Shown: positions 17,333 to 25,522 of the stretch, one piece after another
Layout: the number at the start of each line of letters is the position of its first letter
Numbering within the stretch: position 1 is the first letter of the stretch
Program-made: the position numbers and the translations under genes
Origin: an uncultured archaeon
GTDB lineage: Archaea; Iainarchaeota; Iainarchaeia; Iainarchaeales; CSSED10-239
Assembly: GCA_964463155.1 (NCBI GenBank)
Contig: CAYXAY010000003.1
Span: 2,717 to 34,716, forward strand
Direction of reading: 5' to 3'
DNA: 32,000 bases
The notes under the pieces: generated by a model
The model's database searches: none
Told to the model about the DNA's origin: nothing
The model's input: the letters and a program-made list of their open reading frames with translations, nothing else

Positions 17333-19720
17333 TTACATTGATCTGATTGCAGCTATTAACTCTTTAGCAGCTGTTTCTGTATCAGTGGCAGTCCAACCCG
17401 CAACATAGATGTTACCGTTAGCATGCATACCCATTACATAATCTCCTGATTGAGTTAAGTAACTCTCAGTTATGCCAAGAGCCAATGTATTAACGATATG
17501 CCCACCTACAACAATCCTAGTGCCTGTTACATTAGCAGTATCTAACCTTACCAATGTATTTGGATCCCAAGTAGCTGGAACTTGTGTTGTATATGTTCGT
17601 GTTGCGGCTGGTGTTCCGCCTGGTGTTCCGCCTGGTGTTGAAATTTCTCCTTTACCAACGAATATTTTACCATACAATTGATCCTCAGGAACTGTTACAG
17701 TTAATGTTTCACCATCAACTTCTACCTTTGTACCAAAAATTGTGTATCCGAAACTTAAATCGTCGGATTCTTCTTGGTTTAAGTTGAAACTTGTAGCAAC
17801 TACTTGATCTAATCCTGCATCATATGCTGAATCATCAGTATCTACAAGACCACCAGTGTATGCGTCGATATATGCTGTTACATTTTCGTCTGAATCGTTT
17901 ATTCTTAATGCAAACATTGATTTTAGGTCTGTATCTGTTACTGTTGTAGCGCTAGAATTAGTCATACCTACATAACCCGTAGCATTTGCATCATTTGTTT
18001 GGATGTTATAAAATATATTTCCAACAGTCCATGATTGACCAGTATCTAAAGTGTCTGTTGCATTCGAATCTAAGGCTATAGCTAATTCTGTAATTTTATT
18101 CTGGGTGTTTTCTCTCAGATATACACCATAAGCTATTTTCCTGCTTTCGTTTTTATATAATGGTATTGTTATTGGGACAAATCCTGTAAAACTACTTGCA
18201 TTACTTTCTGATGAGTTACCATCGAAATAGAATTTTTCCTGTGCTCCCGCTGTTGATATCGACTTCCATGACCAATTATCAGCATTGTCTTTTGATAAAA
18301 ACTTACCATCTTCATCTTCTAATTGAACTGTGAAATACCCTGATTCATTTGCGGCAGGCTGATTTAAATCATCAGTTGTGTTGAAGTCAAAGTATAAACT
18401 TTTACCATCAATTTCTTGTGTGGTAGTATAGTTGTCTCCGGTTTCGTATGTTCCGTCTTCGTATTCGTAAATGAATATTTTGTGGTCTTTATCTGATGCG
18501 TCAGTATATGATAGATATCCGTCTTCAACAATTATTTCTTTCTCAGATTCATCACTTAAACCAAGGAAACTTATTTTTGCAAAATTGTAAGGTAATGATA
18601 TTTCGTTTCCTCTTCGTAATGCATCATCATCTTTATAACGTATATCTTGATCGTGGTTGTATAAACTTATGGTTGTTATTGTGTCTCCTTGGGAATAAGT
18701 TGTGCCATTAAATTCTACTTTCCATAACTCGTCACCAATATTTGGAAAGTCTTTAACGATCTGGCCATCAGTTAATTTAATTCTCGCGCTTGTTCCTGAA
18801 ACAACAGTTACTCTTGAATTGTATACCGTATCTATCTCTGTATCTATTGTTAAAAACTCGTCGAAAATTGTGTCGCCATCGCCATATATTTCTGTTGCTA
18901 AAGTTATTCCATTTTTACTAATACTCATTTCAACTTCGTAGTTTGTTCCAGAACCAGAACTTTCTAGAATTTCTAATACTGCAATGGTGTGTCCTTCTAC
19001 TTCAAAATTAGCTCCTACACCATAAGGTGTTGTAGATTTGTTTTGTACTAAATCCATTGTTCTGCCGGTATACTTTTCTAAAGTGTATTGTTTACCGAAC
19101 AGATTGAATTTTAAATCAGGACTGCCACTATCATTAGTATCTTTTATAATTCCTGGAGTGAATTCTAATTTATACTCTATCCCGTCTCTGTCTATTGTAG
19201 CTATTAAGTCTGCGATATCTTTGTCATCATTAAATTCAATTTTTGCGGTAATATTTAATAATTCTTCAACATTTATTTTATCGTCTCTGAAAATATCGTC
19301 ATCTACCCTTACATCGTAGTCTCCAAGTAATGTATAGTCGCTATCATCTAGTTCTAATCTTCTTTGCGTTCCTAAGTCAAATAAATCATCACTTAGTTTA
19401 CCGTCGCCTGTTACTGTAGTTGTTGGAGTTGTTGTTCCTGGTACTGCTGGGATCTCAATTGTGTGTGTTTCTGTCGTGTATGCTTTTTGTGCGATTGCTG
19501 CTGCTATGTTGCCTGCCCAAATACTGTCGCTACCTAATGAATTCAAACCAACGACAATAGTTGCTGCAGGTGCGCCGTCTGCTCTTATGACATTTCCTTT
19601 TGTTACAGGACCGAAATTTGTTCCGCCTGTATTAGCTGCTATTGCTACTGCAAGACCACTTACACCTAATGCAAGTGCTGCCGCTCCAGCAACTACTTTC
19701 TTTACATTTATGTTCTTCAT
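17333..19720 (-). CDS. S-layer protein (Methanococcales-type S_layer_N / S_layer_C architecture)
   Basis: 795 aa with signal peptide MKNINVKKVVAGAAALALGVSGLAVAIA. The N-terminus APAATIVVGLNSLGSDSIWAGNIAAAIA and the C-terminus TRIVVGGHIVNTLA...NIYVAGWTATDTETAAKELIAAI bracket a T/D/G/N-rich body. A strong GGAGGAG sits 5 nt before the ATG. The gene is visibly more GC-rich than its flanks. Confidence 0.8.
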   Translation of the reverse strand: MKNINVKKVVAGAAALALGVSGLAVAIAANTGGTNFGPVTKGNVIRADGAPAATIVVGLNSLGSDSIWAGNIAAAIAQKAYTTETHTIEIPAVPGTTTPTTTVTGDGKLSDDLFDLGTQRRLELDDSDYTLLGDYDVRVDDDIFRDDKINVEELLNITAKIEFNDDKDIADLIATIDRDGIEYKLEFTPGIIKDTNDSGSPDLKFNLFGKQYTLEKYTGRTMDLVQNKSTTPYGVGANFEVEGHTIAVLEILESSGSGTNYEVEMSISKNGITLATEIYGDGDTIFDEFLTIDTEIDTVYNSRVTVVSGTSARIKLTDGQIVKDFPNIGDELWKVEFNGTTYSQGDTITTISLYNHDQDIRYKDDDALRRGNEISLPYNFAKISFLGLSDESEKEIIVEDGYLSYTDASDKDHKIFIYEYEDGTYETGDNYTTTQEIDGKSLYFDFNTTDDLNQPAANESGYFTVQLEDEDGKFLSKDNADNWSWKSISTAGAQEKFYFDGNSSESNASSFTGFVPITIPLYKNESRKIAYGVYLRENTQNKITELAIALDSNATDTLDTGQSWTVGNIFYNIQTNDANATGYVGMTNSSATTVTDTDLKSMFALRINDSDENVTAYIDAYTGGLVDTDDSAYDAGLDQVVATSFNLNQEESDDLSFGYTIFGTKVEVDGETLTVTVPEDQLYGKIFVGKGEISTPGGTPGGTPAATRTYTTQVPATWDPNTLVRLDTANVTGTRIVVGGHIVNTLALGITESYLTQSGDYVMGMHANGNIYVAGWTATDTETAAKELIAAIRSM
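17608..17639. repeat. 12-nt tandem repeat inside the S-layer gene (CTGGTGTTCCGC, about 2.7 copies)
   Basis: Read directly from the sequence. It encodes the (GGTP)n stretch near the C-terminal domain. Confidence 0.8.
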
Positions 19721-20195
19721 TTATTTCTCCTCCATTTTTGTCTCCGTCTCTGGACAGAAACCTTTTTGCTTTATGAAGATTGAATCTGCATTTATATTTG
19801 ACTGGTTTAAAAAAATAACTTCCAGTACGAAACAGACTCTGTTATTCCATTGTTGGAATATAGAACTTAAGGAGCAGTTATGTTTATAAATAGTTTGTTT
19901 TTACTTAACAAACCAGTATTGTTTATAAACCAAGGTAATTCCTTGGTACAGAGACAAAAATCTATTGTTTTTATGTATAACTTGTTGTGTTTTTTATGAA
20001 TTTTACTAAAAATTAAAAATCGGCTATATTATATATAATATTATAACTATTATCTTCAAGACAATTAAACTTCATTAACTTAGTAAAAACTGGAAGCATC
20101 CCTTTTACTTTATAGTTTTTGATAATTTATAAAAATCACCATTAATTACTAAAAATATAATAAAAGTGTATAAAAAACATAAATAATTGGTAATT

Positions 20196-21473
20196 TTATA
20201 TAAGTAGCCACTTATATAATGGAATATAAGATATGAGCTTATTGTCAATTTTTTCCTCTTTAGAGACGTCCCTAGTTATAATTGTGCCAGTTTTAAGATT
20301 TAAAGCAGACATTGCCTCCAAAAGTCCATTAATCTCTCTACTTTCAGTTAAATCATTTATATCTGAACAAACCTGTATTGCTTGTAGTTGTTTGTTATCT
20401 ATTATTATAAAATCACACTCTCCTTTTCCTTTATAATAATAAACCTCTTTATTTCGTCTTTTTAATTCTATAAATACAACATTTTCAAAATTACGACCGG
20501 TGTTTGTTCCTGGCCTTTTCAATAAACAATTTGAAAGACCAGTGTCTATTATGTATGCTTTTTTAGGGTTGCTGTTTTGTTTTCTTTTAGAGTTAGAATA
20601 TATAGGCACAAAGAAAAAATACATTGTATTATCTATATAATCAGAAAACAAATATAAAGAATCCTTGCTTATTGCTCTATTTTGGGATTTTAGATAATTG
20701 TAATATGCGTTTACTGAAAATAATTGCGAAGGCGCATTCACTAAATATATTAACATATCTTTAATTATATCTGTTTGATTTATGGAATATCTCTCTATTA
20801 TGTCTCTAAATACTAATACATTAAAATAATTTTGCAAAATTTCACACCTTATTTGTGGCTCCATATTTATTACTTCTGGAAAGCCGCCTGTGTATAAGTA
20901 ATTATCTAATTCTTTTAAAAGAATATATCTTTTTGAAGAATAAACTTCTTCTTTATCTGCTTTTAACCCGTTATATTCTAAATATTCCTTAAAACTAAAA
21001 GGGTATACATAAATATCATAAGTTCTACCCCTCAACTCAGTAGCTATTTCTTTACTTAACAATTTAGCTGAAGAACCAGTTATGAATATTGTGCAATTTT
21101 CTTTATCGTATAACCGCCTTACAAATTTTTGCCAATTAGAAACACATTGAATTTCATCAAAAAAGAAATGAATGTGTTTTTCTTTATTTTTTGGATATAA
21201 TTCAAAATAATAATCTAATATCTTTTGAAAATCTTCAGTTTTAAAATCGTAAAATCTTTCATCTTCAAAATTAAGATAAACTATTTGATCTTTAGAAGCG
21301 TCTTTTAGATTTGTATATATTATTTGATATAATAGGCTTGTTTTTCCGGATCTTCTTGGGCCTATTACCGCAAATATTTTGTTTATATTAGGTATTTTGT
21401 AATCTCTGTATAATAATTTTTTTTCTGGACAGCCTTCTAATAACATTATTTTAAATAATTCCTTATCTAACAT
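20196..21473 (-). CDS. AAA+ ATPase, COG1373 type (ATPase-3)
   Basis: I trimmed the start to Met49 of the track ORF (MLDKELFKIM...), which is preceded by AGGTGGGATT. It has Walker A GPRRSGKTSLL, Walker B FFFDEIQ, ITGSS, YLYTGGFPE and KAYIIDTGL. The C-terminus is FENVVFIELKRR...ECDFIIIDNKQLQAIQVC. Confidence 0.85.
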   Translation of the reverse strand: MLDKELFKIMLLEGCPEKKLLYRDYKIPNINKIFAVIGPRRSGKTSLLYQIIYTNLKDASKDQIVYLNFEDERFYDFKTEDFQKILDYYFELYPKNKEKHIHFFFDEIQCVSNWQKFVRRLYDKENCTIFITGSSAKLLSKEIATELRGRTYDIYVYPFSFKEYLEYNGLKADKEEVYSSKRYILLKELDNYLYTGGFPEVINMEPQIRCEILQNYFNVLVFRDIIERYSINQTDIIKDMLIYLVNAPSQLFSVNAYYNYLKSQNRAISKDSLYLFSDYIDNTMYFFFVPIYSNSKRKQNSNPKKAYIIDTGLSNCLLKRPGTNTGRNFENVVFIELKRRNKEVYYYKGKGECDFIIIDNKQLQAIQVCSDINDLTESREINGLLEAMSALNLKTGTIITRDVSKEEKIDNKLISYIPLYKWLLI

Positions 21474-21514
21474 AATCCCACCTATAATATTTATAATGCA
21501 AACAAAATAAAAAG

Positions 21515-21565
21515 GTTTCCTTCTAAAAAGGATACCTTCGGGGAAACGTTTCCTTCTAAAAAGGA
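21515..21565. promoter_or_regulatory. Two perfect 18-bp direct repeats (GTTTCCTTCTAAAAAGGA) in the divergent ATPase-3 / AbiEii-2 intergenic region
   Basis: The copies lie at 21515-21532 and 21548-21565, 33 bp start to start. Each contains the palindrome TCCTT-n5-AAGGA. A GGAAACGTTTCC 12-bp palindrome at 21542-21553 joins them. AGGATACCT also occurs twice (21529-37 and 21576-84). Confidence 0.7.
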
Positions 21566-21625
21566 CACTTGTCACAGGATACCTAAAATTATATATTTTT
21601 ATAATTTTCGGTATCATATATATTT

Positions 21626-22282
21626 ATGGAAATAAAAATACTAAATCAATTAAAAAAACAACTACATAAAGATATTGGACTTTTACAAGACGAAGTTATG
21701 GATATCTTGATATCTTGTTTTCCAGAAACATTAGTGTTTCATGGAGGCACTAGCATCTGGAGATGCTATAATGGCAAAAGATTCTCAGAAGATTTGGATT
21801 TTTATCTAAATAATGAGAAATACAACGAAGAGCTATTAAAAGAAAAAATAAAAAGCGCAGGATTAACCATAAATAAAATAAAAACAACAGACAATGTTGT
21901 TTTCTCAAAAATAACAGCCGGAAAAACAGAAATAAGAGTGGAAATCAGACTACTACTAAAAACAAACAAAATATTTACAAAAAAAACAATAACTGAATAT
22001 CAAAGAATAAATGGTACAACAACCACGATTTACGCTCTGTCAATAGACCATCTTATAATAGAAAAGGCACAAGCCTACAAAAATAGAAAACTAATAAGAG
22101 ACGTTTATGATGTTTATTTCCTATCTACAAACAATATAAAACAAGAAACAAAACAAGAACTAAAAGAAATAATAAACAACTGGGAAAAACCAATAGATGA
22201 AGAAAACCTAAAAACCATAATATACACTGGAATTGCTCCAAAATACACAGAAATGCTTTATGCAATAAACCGGAGAATATAA
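21626..22282 (+). CDS. abiEii: AbiEii-family nucleotidyltransferase (copy 2, compact)
   Basis: 218 aa with NTase motif FHGGTSIWRCYNGKRFSEDLDFY and C-terminal IRDVYDVYFL. TTTTTATAAT lies about 25 nt upstream of the ATG, so the transcript may be leaderless. Confidence 0.75.
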   Translation: MEIKILNQLKKQLHKDIGLLQDEVMDILISCFPETLVFHGGTSIWRCYNGKRFSEDLDFYLNNEKYNEELLKEKIKSAGLTINKIKTTDNVVFSKITAGKTEIRVEIRLLLKTNKIFTKKTITEYQRINGTTTTIYALSIDHLIIEKAQAYKNRKLIRDVYDVYFLSTNNIKQETKQELKEIINNWEKPIDEENLKTIIYTGIAPKYTEMLYAINRRI

Positions 22283-22860
22283 TGAACTATACAAAAGAGA
22301 TAATAAAAAAATACAAAAACAAGAAATTATTCACTACAAGAGACATCAGACTAAACTTTAAGATTAAGCCAAACTATCTTAACCTATTAATACATAATCT
22401 ATTAAAACAAAAAAAAATAACAAAACTTGCAAAAGGAACATATACTTTTAGAGAAGAACTAGAAATAGTCGGATTTGCATATTTCCCTTTCTATTATGGA
22501 TTACAAGACGCACTATCGTATCACGGACTTTGGAAACAAGAAACTATACCTGTAATTATAACCTCTAAAAAAATAAAACCAGGCATAAGGCAAATAAACA
22601 ACAATAACATATTACTAAGAAGAATAAACAGAAAATATCTGTTTGGAGTAGAGTATAAACAAATTAATGATATTGATATACCTATTAGCGACATAGAAAA
22701 AACATTAATAGATTTGGTGTATTACAGACAACCAATAAATAAAGAAACAATAACTGAATTTAGAAAAAGAATAAACAAAGAAAAACTAAATAACTATTTA
22801 GAAAAATACCCAGTTACTTTTAAAAAAAAGGCACTTACTAAAATCAATTTTTTGATTTAA
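22282..22860 (+). CDS. abiEi: AbiEi-like wHTH antitoxin/regulator (copy 2), encoded downstream of its NTase
   Basis: 192 aa. The features are ...LLKQKKITKLAKGTYTF, then YYGLQDALSYHGLW, then IEKTLIDLVYY. Its start overlaps the NTase stop (TAATG). Confidence 0.6.
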   Translation: MNYTKEIIKKYKNKKLFTTRDIRLNFKIKPNYLNLLIHNLLKQKKITKLAKGTYTFREELEIVGFAYFPFYYGLQDALSYHGLWKQETIPVIITSKKIKPGIRQINNNNILLRRINRKYLFGVEYKQINDIDIPISDIEKTLIDLVYYRQPINKETITEFRKRINKEKLNNYLEKYPVTFKKKALTKINFLI

Positions 22861-23106
22861 AAGATTTTGCTTCACGACCGAATTGAATAGCAATTTAGAA
22901 TGGGTTTATACAAGTAATATTGAAGAAATAAAACACGAATTAACTGATTTCCTGAAAACTGTTTTTTAAAAGATTTTAAAAATTATTTTGAATATTAAAG
23001 TAAGACAGAATAGCCCTCCCCCCGATTATTGTATTAAATTATACAAAAAGGTATAATTCAGCGTATGAAATGGGTTTATAAATGCATATATACTATAAGT
23101 ATAAAT

Positions 23107-23781
23107 ATGGATTTAGCTAAACTTAAAAAATTAGCCATATTTACCAGTAAGGATTTAAAACTACACTACGGAATTAATTATCCAGAAATGTATATTTGTA
23201 GAAATAAAACAAAAATTATAACTATAGAGAAAGGAAAATATACACTTTGCAAAGACCCTTTTTGCTACGCTACACAAATTATTAATCCATCATATATCTC
23301 TTTTCTATCTGCACTTAATTTTTACGGATATTCTACTCAAATACCACTAAAAATTACAGTCGCAGTAAAAAAACAAAAAAAAGAATTAACGCAAATAAAC
23401 TTCGTAAAAATAAACACAAATTACTTTTTTGGATATAATAAAATTAAATATGGAGATTTTGATTTATTTATTGCAGACAAAGAAAAGTTGTTTATTGATT
23501 GTTTAGCATATCAAAAACAAGTACAAGTAAATGATCTTGCCGGGCTATTAAAAGACAATTTAGATAAAAATAAACTGATCAAATATCTGAACAAAATCGG
23601 TAATCTTAATCTAATAAGAAGGGCGGGTTATCTTTTAGACATTATTGGAATAGACATTTACGATAACTACGCCAAAATTACTAAAATTAATAATTATATA
23701 CTACTTAATAGAAATCTTAAAAAATCAAAGATATATAATAAGAAATGGAAATTAAATATAAATGAGGAGATTAATTTATGA
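23107..23781 (+). CDS. abiEi: AbiEi-like wHTH antitoxin/regulator (copy 3)
   Basis: The track ORF starts at 23065. I prefer Met15 (MDLAKLKKL...) because TTTATAAA sits about 28 nt upstream. The features are ITIEKGKYTL, YISFLSALNFYGYSTQ and KEKLFIDCLAY. Confidence 0.65.
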   Translation: MDLAKLKKLAIFTSKDLKLHYGINYPEMYICRNKTKIITIEKGKYTLCKDPFCYATQIINPSYISFLSALNFYGYSTQIPLKITVAVKKQKKELTQINFVKINTNYFFGYNKIKYGDFDLFIADKEKLFIDCLAYQKQVQVNDLAGLLKDNLDKNKLIKYLNKIGNLNLIRRAGYLLDIIGIDIYDNYAKITKINNYILLNRNLKKSKIYNKKWKLNINEEINL

Positions 23782-24536
23782 TAGATATAAATGAATTAAA
23801 GGAATATCAAAAAAAATTAAACCTTAATCTAGGACAAACAGAAAAGAATTACATACATTCTGCGATTCTTTTTGCAATATCTAAATTGTATCCTGAAAAA
23901 TTTATATTCAAAGGGGGCACTTGCCTAATGTTGTGTTATAGTTTAGATAGATTTTCCGAAGCTCTTGACTTCACATTATTGGAACCGAATTTGGACATAG
24001 ATGTTTGTTTAAATCAAATAAAAGCATTTTTGCAAAATTATGATTTTATTATAGATTACAAAGTTGAAAAAAAAGAAAAATACGAAGACATCTTTGTTTA
24101 TTTTTATGGCCCATTGTACAAACACACAAATAACACTAGATGTAAGATAGTACTTGATTTTTCTAACCGAAAAGATAATCTACTGCCTGGTATCCCGCGC
24201 CCTGTAAATCACATATATAGAGAATTTCCTTTGTTTTATGTAAACACATTAGATATAAATGAAATATTTGCTGAAAAAATTAGAGCAATCATAACTAGAA
24301 ACAAAGCAAGAGACCTATTTGATTTATATTTTTTACTTAAAAAAGGAGCCAAGGCAGACATAGAATTAATCAATAAAAAATTAGATGTTTATGGGTATAA
24401 ATTTAATTTAAATAAATTAATTGAAGCAATAAACAATAAAGAAACAATATGGAAATCCGAATTGTCACAATTAATTATTAATGTCCCTGATTTTAAAACG
24501 GTGTCTACAGAAGTTATTACAAATCTTAAGAAATAA
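23778..24536 (+). CDS. abiEii: AbiEii-family nucleotidyltransferase (copy 3) with an altered NTase motif
   Basis: 252 aa. Motif FKGGTCLMLCYSLDRFSEALDF has Ala where copies 1 and 2 have the first Asp (SEDIDF, SEDLDF). ARDLFDLYFL is present. It has an ATGA overlap with AbiEi-3. Confidence 0.8.
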   Translation: MIDINELKEYQKKLNLNLGQTEKNYIHSAILFAISKLYPEKFIFKGGTCLMLCYSLDRFSEALDFTLLEPNLDIDVCLNQIKAFLQNYDFIIDYKVEKKEKYEDIFVYFYGPLYKHTNNTRCKIVLDFSNRKDNLLPGIPRPVNHIYREFPLFYVNTLDINEIFAEKIRAIITRNKARDLFDLYFLLKKGAKADIELINKKLDVYGYKFNLNKLIEAINNKETIWKSELSQLIINVPDFKTVSTEVITNLKK

Positions 24537-25211
24537 CTATTTTCTTAGCTTTGCTAGTTCACTATTCTGCTTTCTTAAGTCATATATCATCTGAGCATAG
24601 CCGTGAGTCATATCTGTTATTATTTGAGCGCTTTGCTGAAGATCATAGATAGTTACAACAAATTTATCTGGCTTTAATATCTCAACAGAGGTTGCTCCAT
24701 AAAAGTAAATAAGCCTAAATAATGCGTTTATTGAGTTACAGGATAATTCCGCAGAAATATATGTTGAAAATAGATCATCATGAACAACAATCTCTGCAAT
24801 ATCTATATTATATATCAGATATTGCTCATCTTTCTTTAAAGCATCAGTTATCTGTTCCATTCCTTTCCTTAACTCTATCTTGTCGTTTGATTTAGACTCA
24901 ATCAATAATGTTAGTTTTATTAGGTTTTTATCGTTTTCAGAAATCTTCTTTCTTTCTAGGAGCTTCTCCTTAATACCAGAAGCTAAGGAATACTTTACTG
25001 GGAACCCCTCTTTTGTTATTAGTTTTAAAAATAACATATTTTTTAGAACAGAGACTATCTGGTCATAATTAGCATTAGGTATTAGTTTTAATAGCTCGTC
25101 TTCAGTCTTTGGACTTTCAGACAAAGACTTACCTATTATTGCTTGCAGTTCCTGCATCTCTCTTGCTTCCTTTAGTTTTTGAGACTCATGGTCTAGTTGT
25201 TTTTCTTCCAT
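24537..25211 (-). CDS. Hypothetical protein, possibly with an N-terminal winged helix
   Basis: 224-aa ORF. The segment TEDELLKLIPNANYDQIVSVLKNMLFLKLITKEG looks wHTH-like. I recognise no family with confidence. It ends in a TAG stop abutting the AbiEii-3 stop. Confidence 0.45.
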   Translation of the reverse strand: MEEKQLDHESQKLKEAREMQELQAIIGKSLSESPKTEDELLKLIPNANYDQIVSVLKNMLFLKLITKEGFPVKYSLASGIKEKLLERKKISENDKNLIKLTLLIESKSNDKIELRKGMEQITDALKKDEQYLIYNIDIAEIVVHDDLFSTYISAELSCNSINALFRLIYFYGATSVEILKPDKFVVTIYDLQQSAQIITDMTHGYAQMIYDLRKQNSELAKLRK

Positions 25212-25288
25212 AGATTATCTTTTTTAGAAATTATATATAATTTGTGATTAAAAAAGTATTTAAAAGGGTTATAATATATTAAGGAGAG

Positions 25289-25522
25289 ATGAACTATCTG
25301 ATATTGGTTATTGGAATAATACTAATTGCAATAACCATATAGCTTTTGGGGATATTAAAAAACACAGTATCAAACAGCATATTTCTGGCATTGGGCTTTC
25401 TTATATGTTAGTTTATCCCAGGGATAAAATTACCAATCTTTGTGACATTATTAGCGTCTGTAATCTTTGGACCTGCTGGTCTTGGTGTAATGTTTATATT
25501 ATGGTTTTTTAAGATTGTTTAA
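25289..25522 (+). pseudogene. Small 3-TM membrane-protein reading frame with two in-frame TAG codons (25340-25342, 25409-25411)
   Basis: AAGGAG sits just before ATG 25289. A single frame reads MNYLILVIGIILIAITI-TAG-LLGILKNTVSNSIFLALGFLIC-TAG-FIPGIKLPIFVTLLASVIFGPAGLGVMFILWFFKIV-TAA. It is absent from the ORF track because each piece is under 60 aa. Confidence 0.35.

Noticed and set aside
17608-17639. 12-nt tandem repeat in the S-layer gene as a phase-variation or contingency locus
   Set aside because: The unit length is a multiple of three, so copy-number change only adds or removes GGTP units in a linker. There is no evidence of an on/off switch.
17472-19889. Plus-strand ORFs overlapping the S-layer gene (17472-17681, 18496-18711, 18702-18941, 19038-19319, 19461-19889)
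   Set aside because: They are antisense to a gene with a clear signal peptide, family-typical termini and a strong RBS. Their translations have no recognisable features.
21515-21565. CRISPR array
   Set aside because: There are only two 18-bp repeats with a 15-nt spacer, lying in a promoter region. There is no array elsewhere in the window and there are no cas genes.
21474-21617. 48-codon N-terminal extension of ATPase-3 in the ORF track (MIPKIIKIYNFRYPVTSVLFRRKRFPEGILFRRKPFYF...)
   Set aside because: The peptide repeat LFRRK.F is just the translated 18-bp DNA direct repeat. Paralogs start near the internal Met. An AGGTGGG ribosome-binding site and an AT-rich TATA-like box precede Met49 at 21473.
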